64,000 bases of DNA from Escherichia phage vB_EcoM_DalCa. Every line of letters starts with the position of its first letter. Within the stretch, counting starts at the first letter, position 1. The notes under the pieces were generated by a model that was not told the DNA's origin, did no database searches, and worked only from the letters and a program-made list of their open reading frames with translations. Below, piece after piece: positions 30,272 through 41,496 of the stretch. Position numbers and translations under genes: made by a program. The stretch lies in the sequence record NC_054908.1. One strand, written 5' to 3'.

Positions 30272-30464
30272 TACTTATAATTTCAACATCAGCCCAATGA
30301 CCATAGCAAGGAAGACGAAATTCAACTGGCCAGTTAGGGTCCTTTTCTAATATAATAGACTTAACTTGTGGTTCTTCATGTTCATCGGTATACGGACCTT
30401 TATACGTTACTTTATATGTGACCTTAATGTACTGAATTCCAAAAATCTTATTAATTATATTCAT
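30258..30464 (-). CDS. Hypothetical small protein (30.x block)
   Basis: 68 aa ORF, coupled overlaps on both sides. Confidence 0.5.
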   Translation of the reverse strand: MNIINKIFGIQYIKVTYKVTYKGPYTDEHEEPQVKSIILEKDPNWPVEFRLPCYGHWADVEIISIENV

Positions 30465-30658
30465 ACTAATTCCTTTAATCCATAGATAGGAGATAATTCA
30501 TCACCCATACGAAGGTCTTCATTTCCATCTACCCAGGAAACAATATAAGCCTCTTTTATTTGAACGTCTCTCCATTTAAATGCAGGCAAAACCTTAGAAA
30601 TTAATCCAGGTATACCGACTCCCTTTAATTCAACAGTTTGACCCAAAAAGAATTTCAT
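30461..30658 (-). CDS. Hypothetical small protein (30.x block)
   Basis: 65 aa ORF, overlapping starts and stops. Confidence 0.5.
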   Translation of the reverse strand: MKFFLGQTVELKGVGIPGLISKVLPAFKWRDVQIKEAYIVSWVDGNEDLRMGDELSPIYGLKELV

Positions 30659-30945
30659 TAGAACCTCATCTGAAATCCGTGCGATTTAACATTACCACCA
30701 CCAATGTCAGAAATATTAATTTCACTCGCAATTGAAGGGTCAATGTCAATTTCACGATTGAGTTTAATGATTGCTAGAGTATCACGTCCATTTACAGTAC
30801 GGAACTCTAAAGGACATACTACATTAACGTAGTTTTTAATCGATTCACTGGTAGGCTGCAAATGAGCAGGAAGGTCTTTAGGCGCCTTAGAGAAAACCAC
30901 TTCACAGAAATTTTTGCGGGTATCAAAATAAGTAGTCATAAACAT
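30658..30945 (-). CDS. Hypothetical protein (30.x block), about 95 aa from ATG with GAGGAAA RBS
   Basis: Track ORF runs through an upstream hairpin; ATG at about 30945 has a proper SD. Confidence 0.55.
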   Translation of the reverse strand: MFMTTYFDTRKNFCEVVFSKAPKDLPAHLQPTSESIKNYVNVVCPLEFRTVNGRDTLAIIKLNREIDIDPSIASEINISDIGGGNVKSHGFQMRF

Positions 30946-30958
30946 AGTATTTTCCTCA

Positions 30959-30974
30959 GTAAGGGGCCGAAGCC
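30959..30974 (-). terminator. Intergenic hairpin in the 30.x block (GGGGC-ttcg-GCCCC)
   Basis: Sits between a stop and the next RBS. Confidence 0.4.
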
Positions 30975-30985
30975 CCTGTTTTATT

Positions 30986-31363
30986 TTAAATATCAAATTC
31001 GTTAAGAACTACATCAAAGATTGCTTCAAGATGCTCAGGTTTAGCTCTGTTACTCAGAATATGACGAATCCAAGTTTTAACCAGAAGCTTACGATTGACG
31101 CCATTCCAACAAGGATGAGTCCCTAAATCACGTTGACGAAAATCATCATCCAGAGCGATTTTAAAAGAAGAACCTTCTTTCGTGATTGAAACCGTAATGC
31201 CATTTTCAAATCGCATATAAACGTAGTTAGGAGTCATATACTGTTCAATTTCGCATACTGATCCATTTTGATGTTTCCAAAGGCAAATAGTATCAATAGA
31301 ACCTGCAATACCGTTAGAAACATATTTACGTTCAAAGTTAATGTAGTTCATTTTATTCTCCAA
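30986..31363 (-). CDS. Hypothetical protein (30.x block)
   Basis: 125 aa ORF; early promoter-like element with flanking inverted repeat upstream. Confidence 0.6.
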   Translation of the reverse strand: MENKMNYINFERKYVSNGIAGSIDTICLWKHQNGSVCEIEQYMTPNYVYMRFENGITVSITKEGSSFKIALDDDFRQRDLGTHPCWNGVNRKLLVKTWIRHILSNRAKPEHLEAIFDVVLNEFDI

Positions 31364-31387
31364 GATGTTTAATTGCGGTACAGGTAT

Positions 31388-31416
31388 ATAATATCATATC
31401 CTGTACCAAAGTAAAC
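31388..31416 (-). promoter_or_regulatory. Early promoter-like element (GTTTACT ... ATATTATA) bracketed by an 8 bp inverted repeat
   Basis: GGTACAGG / CCTGTACC flank the -10 region upstream of the 125 aa ORF. Confidence 0.4.
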
Positions 31417-31418
31417 AA

Positions 31419-31751
31419 TTATTTTACTAATTTCCAATGCTTCATGTCAAGTTTGCCAACTTTTTTCATCTTCTCAATTAAGCGTTCGGCACGCTGGCGA
31501 GCTGTAACATAATACCATTCACCCAATTCATTTTGTTCAATTTTTCCAACGATTACTGTATTCAATTCATAAATCCAACCAGTAAAGAAATTATGAACTT
31601 GAATTGTAAAGGTGAAATCTGTTCCCATACCTTCTGTTGTTTCTACTTCAACAATATCACCTTCAACTGCCATTAAGAACCACATAGTTTCATCATATTT
31701 ACCATTGAAGCATTTAGTTTTAACTGCAGCGTTCAGATTAATCGTTTTCAT
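31419..31751 (-). CDS. Hypothetical protein (30.x block)
   Basis: 110 aa ORF; GTTTACA promoter-like element and SD upstream. Confidence 0.6.
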   Translation of the reverse strand: MKTINLNAAVKTKCFNGKYDETMWFLMAVEGDIVEVETTEGMGTDFTFTIQVHNFFTGWIYELNTVIVGKIEQNELGEWYYVTARQRAERLIEKMKKVGKLDMKHWKLVK

Positions 31752-31778
31752 TTTATTCTCCTTTGTTTGTGTAAGATA

Positions 31779-31809
31779 ATACTATCACAAAGGAACCATA
31801 CTGTAAACA
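31779..31809 (-). promoter_or_regulatory. Early promoter-like element (GTTTACA ... ATAGTAT) upstream of the 110 aa ORF
   Basis: Same architecture as the other GTTTACA elements. Confidence 0.4.
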
Positions 31810-31861
31810 ACTTTGTGCAATCTTTGGAAAATAAAAAAGGACTCCCGAAGGAGTCCTCAAC

Positions 31862-32038
31862 TTATGCTTTCTGCTTACCAAAACGAGAAGCATCATCTCG
31901 AAGAACCGCACGTGCTCGGCGCATGATCTTCTCAACAGTTTGATTGATACGAGAGTTCGACCCACGCTTGTAACCAGCGCGTTTAGAATCACCAACTTTC
32001 TTTTCAACTGCTTTCTTTGCTTTAGCTTGTTTTGCCAT
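31862..32038 (-). CDS. Small highly basic protein (about 58 aa, MAKQAKAKKAVEKK...)
   Basis: Encoded on the minus strand (reverse complement reproduces the track protein although the track labels it +); ATG at about 32038 preceded by AAAAGAG. Confidence 0.5.
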   Translation of the reverse strand: MAKQAKAKKAVEKKVGDSKRAGYKRGSNSRINQTVEKIMRRARAVLRDDASRFGKQKA

Positions 32039-32281
32039 TATAAATTCTCTTTTAAATGAAAATGCAGGACTTATTGGCATTGCCTGCGCAAGCCCTCAAG
32101 GGGAACATAGGTTTTGTATATTTACCGACAGGATAACCATAAACCCGTCATCATTCACATTCAAGAGGTACACCGTAAAACTGCCGGGGTCTTAAAACTA
32201 TAATGATTCGCAAATCATTAATCAGACAGTTCGACGGCTCCTCGATTTTAGCTCACACTAAGGCAGTGAATCTCCAATAAA

Positions 32282-32530
32282 TTACTTCAATGTTACCACA
32301 AAGTGACGAACTGCTTTTCGTGCAGCAGAAGCCAGAGGCTTAGCATATTTAAGTTCATCTTTTTCCTGAAGCTCAGCAGCTAATGCAGTTTGAGCAGGAT
32401 TCAGATGTTTGAAATAACGCAGGATTTCAAGAGCTTCGGCTTCAACATCAATAGATGCGCCATAGTTTTCGTGACCATTATTCCATGCGTTTCGTTGCAG
32501 TTCAAGAGCGTGTTGTAATTGTTTAATCAT
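32282..32530 (-). CDS. rIII: RIII lysis-inhibition accessory protein
   Basis: 82 aa, same length as T4 RIII; adjacent to gene 31; TATAAATA about 150 bp upstream. Confidence 0.8.
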   Translation of the reverse strand: MIKQLQHALELQRNAWNNGHENYGASIDVEAEALEILRYFKHLNPAQTALAAELQEKDELKYAKPLASAARKAVRHFVVTLK

Positions 32531-32677
32531 TTAAAAATTCTCGTTAGAGATTAAAACTCGGTAGTCACGTTCTTCTGAATTTCATCTTCTTTCGACAGAT
32601 CTCTCAGTTGTAGACTACCACATAGAATTGTTCGGTTAACTTATTATTCCGACACCCAATTCATATTATTATTTATA

Positions 32678-33013
32678 TCACTTATAAAGACACGGAATAG
32701 CTTTATAGTGACAAGTAACGAATTTTTGTTTAATTTCTTTTGGCTGCTTAAGACCCAGAGCTACAAAAGGATGCGGAACATTTCGAATTTGACCAACTGG
32801 AAGAGAAGTCAAATCACCAACTTCGCAGAAACCTTCAGGAACATCAGGACCGACAGAGTGAACTACACACAGTTCAGGAACTTCACCTTGAACACGTTTA
32901 CCGATAATAAGTCCTGATTCTGTAACTTCTTCATCACCGGCTTGTGCAGGTTCAGAAACTAAAATAACATATTCACCGACAGCACGAATTGGTAGCTGTT
33001 GTACTTCAGACAT
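32678..33013 (-). CDS. 31: Co-chaperonin gp31 (GroES-like)
   Basis: 111 aa, same length as T4 gp31; position. Confidence 0.9.
32680..32687 (-). promoter_or_regulatory. Late promoter box TATAAATA upstream of rIII
   Basis: Exact TATAAATA on the minus strand at the gene 31 stop, about 150 bp before rIII. Confidence 0.4.
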
Positions 33014-33069
33014 CGTTTTTCCTTTTTGTTAACAGATGAATTAATAATAACAAATAATTCTTAAAGCAT

Positions 33070-33378
33070 TTATTTACCAATAAATTGGAGCAAATGCTCA
33101 ACTTTCATACCATTAACGGAAATCAATTTGTCAATAGAAAAACCTCGCCATGCACCAAGTTCAACATCAAATACTGGAATCATATCAGTAGATTCTTTCC
33201 GAGTAGATTCAGTCAATTTACCAGTTTGCATGGTTGGCATAAAGTCAGCATCGCGAGTACCTTTCATAACACGAATAGTACCATCAGACTTTTCAAAAAC
33301 TACGTTTGAAACACCCATGGACAATTTAGTTTTCAAAATTTCACGAATTGCTACTTTTTGTTCAGTCGTCAGTTTCAT
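33070..33378 (-). CDS. Hypothetical protein (31.1 position)
   Basis: 102 aa ORF. Confidence 0.6.
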   Translation of the reverse strand: MKLTTEQKVAIREILKTKLSMGVSNVVFEKSDGTIRVMKGTRDADFMPTMQTGKLTESTRKESTDMIPVFDVELGAWRGFSIDKLISVNGMKVEHLLQFIGK

Positions 33379-33615
33379 TTATTTACCTATTACAGTTTTA
33401 ATATGAGTTGTTCCACGTTCTTTAAGAGTGGAAAGTAATTTTTGGCATTTTTCTAAATCAGATTTCCAACTATGTGGTCTATCAATACAAACCCAGTTTG
33501 ACTTATAATACTGCTTCCATTTAGAGAAAAAATACTTCTTATACTCTACAGCAAATGAAATGTTCTCGTTGGAATAAGAACTAATTGCTGTGAGCTGTAC
33601 CAAACGAAATTTCAT
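33379..33615 (-). CDS. Hypothetical protein (31.2 position)
   Basis: 78 aa ORF coupled to cd. Confidence 0.55.
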   Translation of the reverse strand: MKFRLVQLTAISSYSNENISFAVEYKKYFFSKWKQYYKSNWVCIDRPHSWKSDLEKCQKLLSTLKERGTTHIKTVIGK

Positions 33616-34196
33616 TATTCACCACAGAATTCGTTGATATTTTCCCAGTTTAACTTATTTAAGTTTTTCTTAGGAACATTAAACACTTCAATACCTGCAT
33701 TTCGCAGAATATCATCCCAGCCAGGTTTATTTTTATCGTATGTTTCACAATAAACCAGCTTTTTAATTCCAGATTGAGCTATTGCTTTTGCACAATCTGG
33801 GCAAGGAGAAAGTGTTACATACATAGTAGCACCTTCAATTGAAGAACCGTTTCGTGCAGCAAACAAAATCGCATTTAGTTCAGCATGAATTTCATTTTTA
33901 GACGACCATTCAGAGTGCGCGCTACGATGTTCTTTCGCCAATACAAAACGATCAGTTGAACCAAACGATACACATTCAGGCTTATGACCTTGAATGATAG
34001 TATGTTTAGGCTTATTCAGCAACCAACCTTGCTCAGCAGCATAATCACAGCAGTTCACACCACCTGCAGGTGAACCATTATATCCAGTAGAAATAATACG
34101 TCCATTCTTTTCAATTACTGCTCCTACTTTCCAGGAGCAACATTTTGATTCTTGTGATACTAAATATGCAATTTGAAGTACTGTACTCGCTTTCAT
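33615..34196 (-). CDS. cd: dCMP deaminase
   Basis: 193 aa; zinc-binding HAE and PCxxC motifs (HAELNAI, SPCPDC). Confidence 0.9.
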   Translation of the reverse strand: MKASTVLQIAYLVSQESKCCSWKVGAVIEKNGRIISTGYNGSPAGGVNCCDYAAEQGWLLNKPKHTIIQGHKPECVSFGSTDRFVLAKEHRSAHSEWSSKNEIHAELNAILFAARNGSSIEGATMYVTLSPCPDCAKAIAQSGIKKLVYCETYDKNKPGWDDILRNAGIEVFNVPKKNLNKLNWENINEFCGE

Positions 34197-34531
34197 TTCA
34201 TAATCACCAGATAAGCAGATTTAGCAGTTTCAACACGATAAATTTCGTGACGAAGTTTAGTTATACTTTTAATAACAGAACTAATTATATTCTGCCCATC
34301 TTTAAAGCGGTTTTTCTTATCAATAAAAATTGCGCCAACCATCTTTTTGTGAAGCTCAACCGGATACTTCGTCACAATAATAGCATCATACACAGAAGGA
34401 TGAATACTATTCACCAGAGTATCATTCATTAAAGTTATTCTAATGAACTTTGCTGTTTCAGAGTCAAGCGCTCTATGATCGCCAGTATCATTTTCAAGAC
34501 AATTATCAATTATATCAGTTAAATTCATCAT
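34193..34531 (-). CDS. Hypothetical protein (cd.1 position)
   Basis: 112 aa ORF, ATGA-coupled. Confidence 0.55.
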   Translation of the reverse strand: MMNLTDIIDNCLENDTGDHRALDSETAKFIRITLMNDTLVNSIHPSVYDAIIVTKYPVELHKKMVGAIFIDKKNRFKDGQNIISSVIKSITKLRHEIYRVETAKSAYLVIMK

Positions 34532-34764
34532 AGTACGCCATACACCCTTTGTGCTTCAACTAATCCATCAAAATCCAATTTGAGATGTGTTATTTGGTCA
34601 CCATCACCTGGATTCACAATTACTAATACCGAACGAGGAGTTTCGGTAATAACACGAACCGACGTTTCAGGAAATCGTTCAGAAACCTTATTTACCAATT
34701 CTTGAGCAAATAGTTTAACTTTTTCTTGGAATTCTTTAACAGTAATTGGTTTTTCGCTTAGCAT
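34528..34764 (-). CDS. Hypothetical protein (cd.2 position)
   Basis: 78 aa ORF, coupled. Confidence 0.55.
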   Translation of the reverse strand: MLSEKPITVKEFQEKVKLFAQELVNKVSERFPETSVRVITETPRSVLVIVNPGDGDQITHLKLDFDGLVEAQRVYGVL

Positions 34765-35285
34765 GTTGATCCTAGCTCCTTACTTTCAACATTTTTAACT
34801 AATTTGACAGAAACTAATTCAGCATCTTGGGTAATCATTACCGGACCTTCTTCATGCTCTTCAAGATATTCTAGAGCTTTCTTTTTAGCTTCTTCCTTCG
34901 TATCAGTTTGAGCATAGATATAGAACATACAACCAGTAATACCTACTACTTTCCACTTAATTTCTTTATCAGTTTTAATTTCAAATTTACTTACAGAATC
35001 ATCTTTTTGAACTTCTTCGAAAAAAGAATATTCTAACATATAAGCAATTGAAAATAACGGGCTAACTTTATAGGATTCACCCATTACATCAACAGCTTTA
35101 TACCAACAATCATCAATTTCACGTTTAATGCTAATAACATTTTTCGCAGGATCTATTTTTACTTTAAATGAATTTTCCCCAATAAACTGGGCAATTCGTT
35201 TATTAGCCCCGCAAGTTTCATTAAAAATATCTTTATATCCAGCTTTAAAGCGATAAACCTTATCTTCTTCAAACCATTCGCTCAT
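34758..35285 (-). CDS. Hypothetical protein (cd.3 position)
   Basis: 175 aa ORF with early promoter-like element upstream. Confidence 0.6.
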   Translation of the reverse strand: MSEWFEEDKVYRFKAGYKDIFNETCGANKRIAQFIGENSFKVKIDPAKNVISIKREIDDCWYKAVDVMGESYKVSPLFSIAYMLEYSFFEEVQKDDSVSKFEIKTDKEIKWKVVGITGCMFYIYAQTDTKEEAKKKALEYLEEHEEGPVMITQDAELVSVKLVKNVESKELGSTC

Positions 35286-35315
35286 TTCAATTTCCTCATT
35301 TGTTTTGGTAGAGCT

Positions 35316-35345
35316 ATAATATCACAACTCTACCGTAAAGTAAAC
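35316..35345 (-). promoter_or_regulatory. Early promoter-like element (GTTTACT ... ATATTATA) upstream of the 175 aa ORF
   Basis: Same architecture as the other GTTTACA elements. Confidence 0.4.
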
Positions 35346-35347
35346 TA

Positions 35348-35653
35348 TTAAATTGCTTTGAATTCTGATGTCTGTGATTCAAAGCGAATGTCGCCTTTGA
35401 TAACTAGCTCAGCATCAAGACCGAATACAACAATGATATGCGCGGAACCTGGATACAACGTAATGGCAATAGAATCCACCTGGTCTGGAAGCAAAGTGTT
35501 CAATACATGAGTCACTTGAGCGTGGATTCGAAGCTCAGCTGCATTATCAAGCTTTTCAAACATGTTATTAGCGATAATTTGGCTAAACACTACTTCTACG
35601 ATTTTAGAGTAAGTCGGAAACATATTTACCTCACATAATTTTCTTCGAGCCAA
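35348..35653 (-). CDS. Hypothetical protein (cd.4 position)
   Basis: 101 aa ORF. Confidence 0.55.
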   Translation of the reverse strand: MARRKLCEVNMFPTYSKIVEVVFSQIIANNMFEKLDNAAELRIHAQVTHVLNTLLPDQVDSIAITLYPGSAHIIVVFGLDAELVIKGDIRFESQTSEFKAI

Positions 35654-35826
35654 TCAATAACATCCAAAGCGTTATCAAAAGTTGCGCCATCTACTTTGTC
35701 TTCTGTTTCATAATCAAGAACATCTAGGCCTACTCTTCCGTCAACAATAGGCCATAGACAAAATAGATATTTCTTTTCTTTTTCAATTTTATCACAAAGA
35801 CGATAAATCTTTTCTAGGTTATTCAT
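35626..35826 (-). CDS. Hypothetical small protein (cd.5 position)
   Basis: 66 aa ORF. Confidence 0.5.
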   Translation of the reverse strand: MNNLEKIYRLCDKIEKEKKYLFCLWPIVDGRVGLDVLDYETEDKVDGATFDNALDVIDWLEENYVR

Positions 35827-36015
35827 ACGTTTTCCATGGTAAAGGCAGTTTAGTTTTCTTTACTGTTAGTTCAACATCAGGATTCTTTTCTCTTAATTTA
35901 AGGCATTCCTCCCATGCTCTATTTTCACTAGTGAATACACAAAATTGCCCATTACTAGTACCGACTAAACCACTATTTACAATAATAATAGCCCAAGTTT
36001 CATGATGCAAAGCCA

Positions 36016-36016
<1 letters not shown>
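35819..36016 (-). CDS. Hypothetical small protein coupled to the pseT stop
   Basis: About 65 aa from the ATG that overlaps the pseT stop (TAATG); the track ORF starts further upstream inside pseT. Confidence 0.45.
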
Positions 36017-37216
<1,200 letters not shown>

Positions 37217-37220
<4 letters not shown>

Positions 37221-37447
37221 TTATTTTTCTCAACCAATGATTGAATATAATCATGCAGGTCTTTAGATGCTTTACCCCACTTATTTTGATATTCATTTTT
37301 GAGATTAGCGCGTGATTGAGCTAATAAAACATCATTAGTTGGAGGTAAAGATTCTAATCGTTGAATCTGTCGTCCATAAATCATTGCAGCCATCTCGGAT
37401 TCATAAATTAATCCTTTTAGATGTTCAAATTGATACCATGAAATCAT
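37217..37447 (-). CDS. Hypothetical small protein
   Basis: 76 aa ORF coupled to neighbours. Confidence 0.5.
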
Positions 37448-37743
37448 TTACATTTATCCTCTTTTAGCTCTTGACGATAATAACATATCATAGTTTTCTG
37501 GTCATGTACATATCGTTTTACATCATTAAGCCAAATACGAAATTCCTGAGAATCTTCAAATGGCATACCTACCCAAGCTTTACCATCAATAACTTTAACT
37601 TGCCAAGATAGTTTAGCTTCGTCATATGACTTTATTTGTACAGGCCAATTAGGATGAACTGTTTCTTTCTTTACTTCTAGAGGCTTTGTCGAACAACCAG
37701 CTAGAAGACCAATAGATAATATTACTGCTGATAGTTTAATCAT
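37444..37743 (-). CDS. Outer-membrane spanin (o-spanin) lipoprotein
   Basis: 99 aa; signal peptide with lipobox LLAGC; 4-nt overlap with the upstream membrane coiled-coil ORF. Confidence 0.7.
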   Translation of the reverse strand: MIKLSAVILSIGLLAGCSTKPLEVKKETVHPNWPVQIKSYDEAKLSWQVKVIDGKAWVGMPFEDSQEFRIWLNDVKRYVHDQKTMICYYRQELKEDKCK

Positions 37744-38093
37744 TTAGAAAGGTCCTGGATGTCTTCTGCGAACTTGTTGAAGGAGTTGTTGATTTGTTTT
37801 TCAACCAATCCTGGCTTATGAGCCACCACATCCGCCTTCTTTGCGTCTTTGCGCAGCTTTTCATTTTCACGCTCAATAGCAGCAATCGCCTCACGATTTT
37901 TATTATTCATCGCATCAATATAATTATACTGAATTCGCAAATTATTTAATGCTAAGGCGTTTTCATTGGCCGTTTTTGTAATTTCTACAACAGACGTTTC
38001 TAATCTTTCTACCTTATTTTTTAAAATAATAGATGTTCCGCCAAATGCTATTACAAGTAATAGCAATCCAGCTGTAAAATTACTTACATGCAT
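37740..38093 (-). CDS. Inner-membrane spanin (i-spanin)
   Basis: 117 aa; N-terminal transmembrane segment then coiled-coil-like region; directly upstream of the lipoprotein. Confidence 0.7.
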   Translation of the reverse strand: MHVSNFTAGLLLLVIAFGGTSIILKNKVERLETSVVEITKTANENALALNNLRIQYNYIDAMNNKNREAIAAIERENEKLRKDAKKADVVAHKPGLVEKQINNSFNKFAEDIQDLSK

Positions 38094-38590
38094 AAAGTTT
38101 TAATAACCTCTATAATATCGTCTTGAGAAAGACCGTTAATTAAAATATGATGTTCAGCTGGAGATTTAGAAATTTTAAAGCATGCCGCAACATCTTCTGC
38201 CATATCCGATGCGCTACGATTTGGATTACTAATTCCAAGACGATGTTTTCCCGTCAAAGGATTAACGATGATGTAGCATTTGCAATTATTGATATGAACA
38301 TTAGGTTGAGTCTGATTAATAAACACTTCACAATCATATTTCGCAAGCTGATTTTCTAAAAAGACTTTCATCTCCTCAACCGCATCAGGAAGCATATCAC
38401 GGGCTTGCTCAAGACGACGATTTCGATATTCTTTAATGGTCGTTTTCCGCTTGACTTGCTTAGCTAAATCTTTCTTAAGATCGGTGATATATCCAACTCG
38501 ACGATTTCCTTTAAATACAGAAATCCCATCTGTAGTATCACCGTATGCTTCAACGACCATTTCAGTAGTAATAAGCTGTAAATCCATCAT
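38084..38590 (-). CDS. alc: Alc, inhibitor of host transcription
   Basis: 168 aa; position between rnlA and the spanin pair as in T4; GTTTACA-17-TATAGT promoter-like element upstream. Confidence 0.7.
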   Translation of the reverse strand: MMDLQLITTEMVVEAYGDTTDGISVFKGNRRVGYITDLKKDLAKQVKRKTTIKEYRNRRLEQARDMLPDAVEEMKVFLENQLAKYDCEVFINQTQPNVHINNCKCYIIVNPLTGKHRLGISNPNRSASDMAEDVAACFKISKSPAEHHILINGLSQDDIIEVIKTLCM

Positions 38591-38618
38591 AAAGTCCTCA
38601 TGTTATGTCAGTAAGTCT

Positions 38619-38647
38619 ACTATAACACAACACGAGGGGTTTGTAAA
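38619..38647 (-). promoter_or_regulatory. Early sigma-70-type promoter (GTTTACA-17-TATAGT) for alc
   Basis: Shares CCTCATGTTATGT.AGTAAG.CTACTATAACACAACA with the element at 22845. Confidence 0.5.
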
Positions 38648-38651
38648 CAGC

Positions 38652-40239
<1,588 letters not shown>

Positions 40240-40266
40240 AATAAAATGGGCCTTGCGGCCCACTCC

Positions 40267-41445
40267 TTAAAAGTATTTTTTAAAACTCATCATAACTTTA
40301 TCATCAACATCATTATCAATCTGTGCAACAAGATAAGATGACAGTTCTACTTCTTGCGGCGCGGATTGAACATTATCAGAATTAAGGTATTCACGAATCC
40401 AAGGATATGGATGTTTAACCGGAGCATCGGTAATCGGGCATGGAAGACCACACTGTTTCATACGAGATACAGTTAAGTAATCAATAAAGCTCCACATGCT
40501 ATTTGTATTTAATCCAGGAACATCGCCATCTTTAAATAAATGAACTGCCCAATCTTTTTCTTGGCGGTTAACTTCCATGAAAATATCAACTGCTTCTTGT
40601 TCACACTCTTGAGCAATTTTAACCCATTGATCGCCATCAGTACCAGATTGAAGTTGACGAATAATATATTGTGTACCTTTAAGATGAAGCTGCTCATCAC
40701 GTGCAATGAACTTCATAATCTTGGCATTACCTTCCATGATTTCCATGTTTTTATGGAAGTTAAAGGTACACGCAAAGGATACATAAAAACGAATAGCTTC
40801 CAGAGCATTGATAACGTGCAGACAGAGATAAAGCGACTTCATCAGGTCTCGTTTACATTCTTCCAAATGAGTGAGACTGTTTGAATATGCTTCTAAATCA
40901 TATTCATTTTCAGCAAAATAACTAAAGTTTTCTTTGGCGTTTTCCCAAATACGTGTCTTGTCCAGAACATCATCATAATAACGACCAATAGATTCAGCAC
41001 GTTTCATGATAGCTTTATCTAATACAATCTCATCAAATACCTTTGACGGATCAGTATAAAGATTTCGCATAATATGAGTGTATGAACGACTGTGAATAGT
41101 TTCACTAAAAGTCCATGTAGCAACCCATGTATCAAGGCTTGGGTCTGAAATCAATGACATAAGTACAGCAGACGGTGCACGACCCTGAATGCTATCCAGA
41201 AGTGATTGATACTTCAGATTATTAGTAAAAATATTCTGCTGATATTGAGGAAGCTTATTAAACTGTGCAGCATCCATCATTAAGTTTACTTCTTCAGGAC
41301 GCCAGAAAAATGACAACTGCTTTTCGGTTAAATCTTCAAAAACTTTATGACGTTGAATATCATAACGCGCAATACCAAGACCTGAACCAAAAAACATAGG
41401 TTCTTTTAAAACATCAACTGGATTTGTATTAAAAACTGTGCTCAT
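40267..41445 (-). CDS. nrdB: Ribonucleotide reductase small subunit NrdB, uninterrupted
   Basis: 392 aa continuous ORF; di-iron ligand-like E..H motifs; order denA-nrdB-nrdA. Confidence 0.9.
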   Translation of the reverse strand: MSTVFNTNPVDVLKEPMFFGSGLGIARYDIQRHKVFEDLTEKQLSFFWRPEEVNLMMDAAQFNKLPQYQQNIFTNNLKYQSLLDSIQGRAPSAVLMSLISDPSLDTWVATWTFSETIHSRSYTHIMRNLYTDPSKVFDEIVLDKAIMKRAESIGRYYDDVLDKTRIWENAKENFSYFAENEYDLEAYSNSLTHLEECKRDLMKSLYLCLHVINALEAIRFYVSFACTFNFHKNMEIMEGNAKIMKFIARDEQLHLKGTQYIIRQLQSGTDGDQWVKIAQECEQEAVDIFMEVNRQEKDWAVHLFKDGDVPGLNTNSMWSFIDYLTVSRMKQCGLPCPITDAPVKHPYPWIREYLNSDNVQSAPQEVELSSYLVAQIDNDVDDKVMMSFKKYF

Positions 41446-41496
41446 AAATTTTCCGCTTAGTTAATAGTTGGTGACTCGTCCGTGAGTCAAATTATA

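Noticed and set aside
31753-32007. 84 aa minus-strand ORF starting with TTG
   Set aside because: Out-of-frame overlap of the basic 58 aa ORF and the promoter region upstream of the 110 aa gene; non-ATG start, no RBS.
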